Assembly: GCF_000012285.1 (NCBI RefSeq) | Contig: NC_007181.1 | Location: 2,040,001 to 2,072,000 of the forward strand | Reading direction: 5' to 3' | DNA: 32,000 nt | From: Sulfolobus acidocaldarius DSM 639 | GTDB taxonomy: Archaea; Thermoproteota; Thermoprotei_A; Sulfolobales; Sulfolobaceae | Part shown: piece by piece, positions 1 to 6,824 of the stretch | Layout: each line of letters opens with the position of its first letter | Numbering within the stretch: the first letter of the stretch is position 1 | Notes under the pieces: generated by a model | Databases searched by the model: none | What the model saw: the letters and a program-made list of their open reading frames with translations, nothing else | What the model was told of the DNA's origin: nothing | Position numbers and translations under genes: made by a program

Positions 1-366
1 CTTTATACTGGGTTGGTTGAACCCAGTGTAAGCATCACTAATAGTATACTTATTTGCTATGTCATCGAACATTCTCCATTGCCTAGAAGATATTGGACCT
101 CCTCCAGGTATTGAAACCCTTATCATGTAGATCCAGTCTTTGACCTGACTGACCCTAGCCTTCTCCCTGTGGAACTCCACATAAATGCCAAAGCTTTTGG
201 CTATTAGGGACACTTCGTTCTCTAGATCCTCTCTTGTCAAATTTTTAAGAGAGTTCTTAACGTTTACGGTATCTTCTTTTAGACCTCTAGTTTTAGCTTT
301 TATCTTCTCTTCTTCAGTGTAGTTCCCTGGATCTGTTTTAAATTGGGGTTCGATAGGAACGTCAGT
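1..366 (-). CDS. Assimilatory sulfite reductase (siroheme nitrite/sulfite reductase family), N-terminal part. The gene runs off the left edge of the window and its start codon is unresolved.
   Basis: My own translation of the minus strand from 366 to 1 is open throughout: TDVPIEPQFKTDPGNYTEEEKIKAKTRGLKEDTVNVKNSLKNLTREDLENEVSLIAKSFGIYVEFHREKARVSQVKDWIYMIRVSIPGGGPISSRQWRMFDDIANKYTISDAYTGFNQPSIK. The blocks 'GIY' and 'MIRVxIPGGxxxxxQ' are typical of the N-terminal half-domain of sulfite/nitrite reductases. The ORF lies directly downstream of cysH. It is absent from the ORF track because the first ATG/GTG/TTG in frame is the TTG at 240..238. Confidence 0.7.
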
Positions 367-1095
367 TCACCTCTCCCTGAAATGTAAACCACATTCCTTA
401 TCTCCTGACTGTTCCCACCACCACCTTCCTGCTCTGGGATGCTCCCATGACTTGACAGCCCTGGTACAGGGTTCACAACCTATGCTCTTATAGCCCATGT
501 CATAAAGCTTGTTATAGGGCAAATTATTCCTCTTAATGTAATCCCACACTTGCTCCCATGTCCAGTCAGCTAAAGGATTGATTTTTATTATACCACCGTT
601 CACCTGATCTACTTCTATCTTCTTGATTTTAGTTCTGGTCACATTCTGCTCCCTCCTAAGCCCAGTTATCCAAGCATCTAAACCCTTCAAAGCCCTCTGT
701 AAAGGCTTGACCTTTCTTATCTCACAGCAGAGCTTCCTAAACTCCACACTCTTGTAAAATAAGTTAACGCCATATCTATTCACCATATCTTCAACTTCTT
801 CTTTATCAGGAAAATATATCCTGATTTCGGTCTTTGGGTACTTAGTTCTTAATTCGTCAATGAGATTATACGTCTCTTGGTTCAGTCTCCCCGTATCTAT
901 AACGAAAATTATGGGCTTGTCTACAACTTGATTCATCATGTCCAGAATTACAATATCCTCTGCCTGTAAGCTACAGGCTAAGGCAATCCTCGGGTAAAAC
1001 TTCTGAACACCCCATCTCAATACCTCTAAAGGCTCCCTATTCTCGAAGTGGTTATTTAGTTCCTCAATCTCCTTCTGGCTAAGCATAACTGCCAA
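367..1095 (-). CDS. cysH: Adenylyl-sulfate (APS)/PAPS reductase, thioredoxin-dependent, of the Fe-S-cluster (APS) type
   Basis: The C-terminal 'KECGLH' matches the catalytic ECG[LI]H motif. 'LCCEIRKVKPL' (Cys-Cys) plus 'GCEPC' (CxxC) are the cysteines that ligate a 4Fe-4S cluster in APS-type enzymes. The track start is TTG at 1095; an ATG lies three codons downstream at 1086. Confidence 0.9.
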   Translation of the reverse strand: MAVMLSQKEIEELNNHFENREPLEVLRWGVQKFYPRIALACSLQAEDIVILDMMNQVVDKPIIFVIDTGRLNQETYNLIDELRTKYPKTEIRIYFPDKEEVEDMVNRYGVNLFYKSVEFRKLCCEIRKVKPLQRALKGLDAWITGLRREQNVTRTKIKKIEVDQVNGGIIKINPLADWTWEQVWDYIKRNNLPYNKLYDMGYKSIGCEPCTRAVKSWEHPRAGRWWWEQSGDKECGLHFRER

Positions 1096-1201
1096 CGACC
1101 ACTGATAAAATAGTGTAGTTTAAATTTTAGTATTTCGATATATGCAACTTTTGCACAAATAACTAGAAATATAAATATATATGTAGTGTAGTTTTAGTGT
1201 A
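1096..1201. promoter_or_regulatory. Divergent cysH / sat control region with two TATA-like boxes, a central palindrome and a repeated 11-mer
   Basis: AT-rich TATA-like boxes lie at about 1120-1128 (roughly 29 nt upstream of the cysH TTG on the minus strand) and about 1167-1176 (roughly 29 nt upstream of the sat ATG). TGCAActtTTGCA sits at 1143..1155. TAGTGTAGTTT occurs at both 1111..1121 and 1184..1194. Confidence 0.5.
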
Positions 1202-2437
1202 ATGATAGGGCACGGAAAGATTGAAATTAGTGAGAGAATTACAAAAATTAATGATTTTAAGGAATTAAAATTAGTTGAAGTGAAGCGACAGTTAGCCCAT
1301 GAAATTATAAGCATCAGTTACGGCTTTTTATCGCCATTGAGAGGTTTCATGAATTATGAGGAAGTAGACAATGTGGTAGAGGAGATGAGGTTACCAAATG
1401 GTGTTCTTTGGCCTATACCAATAGTTCTAGACCTAAACGAGAGCGAAGCGGAGGAAGTAAAGGAGGGTGATGTAATTGGATTCACGTATATGGGTAAACC
1501 TTTAGCTGTAATGAGGGTTGAGGAGAAATTCAGTTACGATAAGGGAAAGATGGCTGAGAAAGTCTACAAAACCAGAGATGTAAAGCACCCGGGGGTAAAA
1601 AGAACCCTCTCATACAAGGAGAAATTCGTTTCAGGTGAAGTTTACCTTGTTAACGTGCCTAAGTTTACCTCAGTTTATTCAGATTTTTGGTTGACACCTA
1701 GACAACACAGAGAGTTATTCGAAAGGATGGGATGGAAAAAAGTAGTTGCGTTTCAGACCAGAAATGTACCTCACACTGGACATGAGTACTTAATGAAGTT
1801 CGCTTGGTTTGCAGCAAATGATGGATTGAGAGTTGATGAGCCTAGAACTGGAATATTGGTGAATGTGGTGATAGGCGAGAAGAGGATAGGTGACTACATT
1901 GACGAGGCAATACTATTAACACATAAAGCACTTGTTGATGCGGGTTACATCAGCAAAAGAGTTCATAAGCTCTCGTTCACGTTATGGGATATGAGATATG
2001 CTGGACCCAGGGAGGCTCTACTTCACGCAATTATTAGGACTAACCTGGGCTGTACACATCACGTATTTGGAAGGGACCATGCAGGGGTAGGGAATTATTA
2101 TTCACCTTATGAGGCTCATGAAATATTCAGTAAAATAAATGAGGATGATCTTCTTATCAAACCTGTTTTCATAAGGGAGAATTACTACTGTCCAAAGTGT
2201 GGAACAATAGAAAATGATATCTTATGTGATCATGATTCAGACAAGCAGGAGTTTAGCGGAAGCCTAATAAGGAGCATAATACTAGACGAGGTCAGACCCA
2301 CTAAAATGGTTATGAGACCTGAAGTTTATGATGTACTCATGGAGTCAGCTAAAAAATATGGATTCGGAACACCGTTCGTTACTGAGGAATACCTGAATAG
2401 GAGAGAGAGTATATTTGAATTAGGTGATCTACAATGA
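1202..2437 (+). CDS. sat: Sulfate adenylyltransferase (ATP sulfurylase)
   Basis: 'QTRNVPHTGHEYL' matches QxRNPxHxxH and 'FGRDHAGVG' matches GRDHAG. A C-terminal 'CPKCG...CDH' cluster looks like a Zn site. Confidence 0.9.
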   Translation: MIGHGKIEISERITKINDFKELKLVEVKRQLAHEIISISYGFLSPLRGFMNYEEVDNVVEEMRLPNGVLWPIPIVLDLNESEAEEVKEGDVIGFTYMGKPLAVMRVEEKFSYDKGKMAEKVYKTRDVKHPGVKRTLSYKEKFVSGEVYLVNVPKFTSVYSDFWLTPRQHRELFERMGWKKVVAFQTRNVPHTGHEYLMKFAWFAANDGLRVDEPRTGILVNVVIGEKRIGDYIDEAILLTHKALVDAGYISKRVHKLSFTLWDMRYAGPREALLHAIIRTNLGCTHHVFGRDHAGVGNYYSPYEAHEIFSKINEDDLLIKPVFIRENYYCPKCGTIENDILCDHDSDKQEFSGSLIRSIILDEVRPTKMVMRPEVYDVLMESAKKYGFGTPFVTEEYLNRRESIFELGDLQ

Positions 2438-2739
2438 AGGTGTACATTTGGCTGAGTGAAGAGGTTGCCAAAAAGTTAGAGGATCTTGGTCTAAGATACG
2501 GTAAAGAGGTTCTTGGAGGTATGAAGAGGTTAGAGATCGAGGTAGAGGAGGAAATAGTGAAGAGAATTGTTGAAGTGTTTCCAAATGCTAAAGTGGATAG
2601 GAGCACAACCAATTCCATAGAACTTCTTCCTAAGCACTTTAAAGAGAAGGTCATACAACTACTTCTGAACAGGGGAACCGATCCAAAGGATGCCTTAATA
2701 GAGGCACTGAACATATACGCTAAACAAAAACAATCTTAA
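2434..2739 (+). CDS. Hypothetical small protein (101 aa), translationally coupled to sat
   Basis: Its ATG overlaps the sat stop (ATGA at 2434..2437). The charged residue composition looks coding. I recognise no motif. Confidence 0.5.
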   Translation: MKVYIWLSEEVAKKLEDLGLRYGKEVLGGMKRLEIEVEEEIVKRIVEVFPNAKVDRSTTNSIELLPKHFKEKVIQLLLNRGTDPKDALIEALNIYAKQKQS

Positions 2740-2987
2740 GCAATCTAGTTTTTGAGAATCGTCATGGCTTTTAAAAATTGATAATATTGAGGCTAAGTTA
2801 GTAAATATTATTTTTATTTACAGCAAGTAATTTCAAAAATATTTCAAAGACTCGCCTTTGTTAGAAGAAAAATTATTAGGTTTAAAAATATTTTAATAAC
2901 ATAGGATCCACAATTAGACTATTTTTATCATCTAACTTCTTAAAACTCTATAAATAGTTTATTAACTTGTTAGGAGTATAAGATTGT

Positions 2988-3923
2988 ATGAAGGCAGCTG
3001 TTCTTACAGCATATAACTCGCCTTTTGAAATCAGAAAAGATGTAGAGCCGAATGGATCAGGAGTTGTAGTTGATGTAGCGGCTACAGGTATTTGTGGACG
3101 AGATTTAGTGGTATGGAAGGGAGGGTTCAGAAATCTGAAATTACCACTGATATTAGGTCACGAGATAGTAGGTTATTATAAGGGAAAACCGGTAGCTGTC
3201 TATCCTAACTTATCCTGTGGAAATTGTGAATATTGTAAAGCTGGAAAAGAAAACTTGTGTGAAAACGCAAAAATAATAGGGGAAGGAGAGATTACGGGTG
3301 GTTATGGAGAAAAAGTAATTGCACCAGAAAAGAACTTAATACCTTTGCCAACTGAAGAGATGGAGAAGTATGCTGCTGCATTGGACCCTGTAGCTACTGC
3401 CATACATTCAGCTAAGCTAGCGAATCTAAACAAGGACAGTAAAGTATTAGTAACAGGAGCAGGAGGAGGAGTGGGAGTTCACTTAGTTCAGTATCTGAAG
3501 CACATAGGTATAAAGGAGGTTTACGGATTAACTTCCAAGGTTGACAAACTTAAAGAACTTGGAGCAACTCCAATAACACAGATAAAGAACGAGAAGTTTG
3601 ATGCGGTATTTGAACTTGTGGGCTCAAAGACTATAAATGACTCTCTTAGATCCCTAAAGAAAGAGGGAACTTTAGTGTTAATTGGGAATGTCGAGGGAGA
3701 GCCAATAACATTACTGCGACCAGCCTTAACAGTTATGAGACAGCAGAAAATAGTAGGATCAGCAGCATATACTAAGGAAGAATATGAAGAGGCAATAAGG
3801 ATAATTGGTGAGAACAAGATTAAAATAATATATGAGAGTTATGAACTGGAAAGGATCAACGAAGCTTATAGAAAGCTAGCCAATAGGGAGATATTTGGAA
3901 GGGCAGTGTTGAAACTAAGATAA
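2988..3923 (+). CDS. Zinc-containing medium-chain dehydrogenase/reductase (MDR), resembling enoyl/acryloyl-CoA reductases
   Basis: 'GICGRDLVVWKG' and 'GHEIVG' carry catalytic Zn ligands. 'CGNCEYCKAGKENLC' is a structural Zn loop. 'VLVTGAGGGVGVH' is a nucleotide-binding fold of the reductase/QOR style. Confidence 0.8.
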   Translation: MKAAVLTAYNSPFEIRKDVEPNGSGVVVDVAATGICGRDLVVWKGGFRNLKLPLILGHEIVGYYKGKPVAVYPNLSCGNCEYCKAGKENLCENAKIIGEGEITGGYGEKVIAPEKNLIPLPTEEMEKYAAALDPVATAIHSAKLANLNKDSKVLVTGAGGGVGVHLVQYLKHIGIKEVYGLTSKVDKLKELGATPITQIKNEKFDAVFELVGSKTINDSLRSLKKEGTLVLIGNVEGEPITLLRPALTVMRQQKIVGSAAYTKEEYEEAIRIIGENKIKIIYESYELERINEAYRKLANREIFGRAVLKLR

Positions 3924-4131
3924 TACTTAACTACCTCCTTCTCGTTGTCATGAAAATGATGTATTTTTTCATTCAATGAAAATTCTGATAATTTTTCCAA
4001 CATCTCTATGGCTTGTTTTTATTTAGCACTAAATTACTTGAATATTGGTTTTTTCATGCATTTGACTAATTATTTAGTACTCTAAGTTATTATACAAAGT
4101 TATTATAGTTAGAGTAAATATTATATTATAT

Positions 4132-5256
4132 ATGGCATCTCTAAGCAGTGTAATAGGAAAAACAATGTTCATAAGCCAAGGTGAGCTAGCTGACACAGTT
4201 GCAATACCAGCAGCCATAATTTATGAAACAAAACAGCTAAATGAACCTATTTTAGTAGTCACAAGCACAGGTAAAAGTGGAATTAGTTTAGGCTACTTTC
4301 AAGATGTTGACACTGAAGTGAACTTAGATGAGGCGAGGAGAAGGGGAGTAGATGTAATAAGGAGATTAGGTGTAGGAGGTGGTACAATATATGCCTCTAA
4401 GGGATCCAGCATGGCAATGTTCATGACATTCCCAAAGGACTTCTTCACCAATATGGAGAAAGCCTTCTGCCAAATAGGATCAGCAGCCGTTCATGCGTAT
4501 TTCAAGTTAGGTGTGAAGGGTGCTTGGTACGATCATATCGGCGATGTTAGGGTAGGATCCCCAAGAGCCTATAGGAAAATTACAGGATTTGGATTTACCA
4601 CAATAGAGGATATACTGGTACTTAACATGGTGATAGGTGTAGGCAAAATAGACGTACAGGAGATGATAAATGTGATTAAAGTCCCTCCAGAAAAGTTCTC
4701 GGATAAAACCTCAAAGAACGTCCAAGATTACTTAACATCTGTAGAGGAAGATACGGGAAGAAAGCCCTCCGACGAGGAAGTGTATGAAGCCTTTAAAACC
4801 AGTTTAGAGGAGACCTTAAGGATAAAGTTAGAACCCCATGAGTTCTCGGATCAGGCTAAAGCAATATTTAACAAGTATAAGGAGATGGCTAAATCAGACC
4901 AAAACCTATTCCTTAGATCCAGTGGAAAGAGATTCTCTAATATCCCTCAAGGGTATGCCGTAGGCTTCTCCAGATATAAGGCTAGGAAGTTGATAGTTAC
5001 GCATTTGCTGACAGATGGTAAAGAGATTAAAGACATCATGATAAGTGGAGATTTTTACTGCTCTCCATCGGAGTACTTATTCGAACTTGAACAAAAACTT
5101 AAGGGAGTCCCCTTAGACGATAAGGAAAAGATTTCAAATATTGTGAATAGTATGTTCGCCAGGAAGAATTTCGAGATGCCAATGGTCAAAGGAGAAGACA
5201 TAGTGGAGTCGATCACTAGAGCCATAGATAATGCTAAACAACAACTACACAGATGA
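4132..5256 (+). CDS. Lipoate-protein ligase A (LplA)-like protein, divergent
   Basis: The architecture is collinear with LplA. 'VDVIRRLGVGGGTIYASKGS' aligns with the LplA block 'RRxSGGGAVFHDxGN'. 'YRKITGFGF' aligns with 'RKVSGSA', which holds the adenylate-binding Lys. The C-terminal 'ISGDFYCSP...LEQKLKGVPLD' resembles the LplA C-terminal domain. Confidence 0.55.
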   Translation: MASLSSVIGKTMFISQGELADTVAIPAAIIYETKQLNEPILVVTSTGKSGISLGYFQDVDTEVNLDEARRRGVDVIRRLGVGGGTIYASKGSSMAMFMTFPKDFFTNMEKAFCQIGSAAVHAYFKLGVKGAWYDHIGDVRVGSPRAYRKITGFGFTTIEDILVLNMVIGVGKIDVQEMINVIKVPPEKFSDKTSKNVQDYLTSVEEDTGRKPSDEEVYEAFKTSLEETLRIKLEPHEFSDQAKAIFNKYKEMAKSDQNLFLRSSGKRFSNIPQGYAVGFSRYKARKLIVTHLLTDGKEIKDIMISGDFYCSPSEYLFELEQKLKGVPLDDKEKISNIVNSMFARKNFEMPMVKGEDIVESITRAIDNAKQQLHR

Positions 5257-5283
5257 AAAGGAAAGTTTGATTTTTAGCTTTAG

Positions 5284-6771
5284 CTAAAGACTATCCACAA
5301 AGATTATTTTTCTTATTTTTTTATAGAAGGCTACCTTATCATTAACAAAGTTCATGATCTCCTCTTCACTAACCTTTCCCTTATATTCTTCCTTTAGTAA
5401 GACCTTAGCAAAGACCTTGTGACCGACCTCCGGGTCCCATTCACCATCAACATAGGCTCTCTTTACAGCCGGATGTTCCTCAAGGAGTAGCTCCAGATCT
5501 CTTGGAAATATTGGATAAGCTTTGTATTTCAGGAACCTTTTCTTTAAACCTCTAAAGTATAGGAGACCGTTCTGGTCCATCATAAAGATATCCCCTGTAT
5601 AAAGCCAACCGTCCTTGATAGCCTTAGAACTCTCTTGAATATCTAGGATACCGTGACTACCATAACCCTTCATATTCCAAGGAGATTTGACTATCAACTC
5701 GCCATCCTGACCTATGGGCACATCCTTTGTACCTGTCTCCTTATCAACAATTCTTATCTTAACTCCAGGAAGAGGAATTCCTACACTACCATATACCTTG
5801 AGGTTTGCAGGTTGGTATGTAACAATTAGTCCCTCTGTAAGACCATAAGTTTGTACTAATGGGAGGTTTAACTCCTCAAAGTAAGCCTTTTGTAGGTCTG
5901 GAGGTACAGGGGCTGCTCCGGTTATACATAACTTAAGCGAAAACTTTTCCTTCTTGAGATTTGGTAATATTTCCTTAAACACCATAGGAGGGGCAGGCCA
6001 CGTAGTAACCTTATATTCTCGAATTAGATCTAGAGCCCTATTTGGATCATATCTCCTCATTAAAACAATTTTTCCCCTCTCCATAATAGTTTCTAACAGA
6101 GCGTCAAGCCCAAATATGTGGGAGATGGGGAGAGATATTAGAATTGTGTTCTCCTCTCCTATTTCACCAGCTCTGACCAAGGAACTGACATAGTTTGAGG
6201 AAATTAGTCCGTAATGGGTATGATAAACTTCATATGTTCTCCCTATAATTCCTGCATAATGCATAGACACCGCTATATCTTCCTTGGGGTTAATCTCTAC
6301 CTCGTCAACATTAGGGGAAGAATCTAAATCATTTAGGCTATTAAATGAAAAGACATTGTAACGTGACATCACCTCTTTCTCTCTCTTGTATATTTCCTCC
6401 TCAGTAACTATCATCTTTGGGTCAGTCAACGAAAGTTGGTATTCAAGGTCCTTGCCTGATGACAATGGATCAATTAAGGCTACCCTTACTCCTAACATGG
6501 AGGAGCCAAAAAACACTGGAATAACCTGTGGAGCATTAGACATAATAAGTGAAATAGCGTCTCCCTTTTTCAGTCCATGTTCCTTTAGGTAACTTGCGAA
6601 GCGTTTAGCGAAGGAGTATAAACTCGAGTAACTGAATTCTTTCCCCTCAAAGACCAAGAGTGTTAAATCACCTTTTTCCTTCACAGACTTATTCAACACC
6701 TCATGAATTGGAATCTCAGGGATGTTAAGATCACTCAGGTTTTCAGGGTAAAACTTTGACCATATATCCAT
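5284..6771 (-). CDS. Acyl-CoA synthetase-like (ANL superfamily) paralog with a degenerate P-loop and truncated C-terminus
   Basis: 'QTYGLTEG' (GYGxTE) and 'WLYTGD' (YxTGD) are present. The P-loop position reads 'HYAGIIGRTYEV' (6226..6261) instead of 'YTSGTTGxPKGV'. The protein ends '...KIIFVDSL', before the usual 'PKTxSGK' catalytic-Lys motif. Confidence 0.8.
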   Translation of the reverse strand: MDIWSKFYPENLSDLNIPEIPIHEVLNKSVKEKGDLTLLVFEGKEFSYSSLYSFAKRFASYLKEHGLKKGDAISLIMSNAPQVIPVFFGSSMLGVRVALIDPLSSGKDLEYQLSLTDPKMIVTEEEIYKREKEVMSRYNVFSFNSLNDLDSSPNVDEVEINPKEDIAVSMHYAGIIGRTYEVYHTHYGLISSNYVSSLVRAGEIGEENTILISLPISHIFGLDALLETIMERGKIVLMRRYDPNRALDLIREYKVTTWPAPPMVFKEILPNLKKEKFSLKLCITGAAPVPPDLQKAYFEELNLPLVQTYGLTEGLIVTYQPANLKVYGSVGIPLPGVKIRIVDKETGTKDVPIGQDGELIVKSPWNMKGYGSHGILDIQESSKAIKDGWLYTGDIFMMDQNGLLYFRGLKKRFLKYKAYPIFPRDLELLLEEHPAVKRAYVDGEWDPEVGHKVFAKVLLKEEYKGKVSEEEIMNFVNDKVAFYKKIRKIIFVDSL

Positions 6772-6824
6772 AATATTATTTTTTATAAAAAATTAAAAAG
6801 TCTTTATGCGGAGTATTGAAAAAA

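Noticed and set aside
367-369. The in-frame TGA between cysH and the sulfite reductase as a selenocysteine codon
   Set aside because: Selenocysteine decoding is not known in Sulfolobales. No SECIS-like structure is evident, and the TGA coincides with the natural CysH C-terminus just after ECGLH.
1120-1314. 64-aa minus-strand ORF spanning the cysH/sat intergenic region and the sat 5' end
   Set aside because: It is a low-complexity Ile/Ser/Leu/Phe-rich product of AT-rich promoter DNA. It overlaps the well-supported sat start on the opposite strand and has no recognisable motif.
2379-2714. 111-aa minus-strand ORF antisense to the sat 3' end and the small coupled ORF
   Set aside because: Its Ser/Leu-rich composition is typical of the antisense frame of a Glu/Lys-rich gene. 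It has no start context or motif. The plus-strand ORF has translational coupling to sat in its favour.
3949-3986. Possible C/D-box sRNA (ATGATGT ... CTGA) or hairpin downstream of the MDR gene
   Set aside because: The C-box is imperfect and no C'/D' pair is present. The C-to-D spacing of about 23 nt is too short. The ATGAAAA/TTTTCAT stem (3949..3955 / 3965..3971) is AT-only and weak. At most this is a T-rich terminator region.
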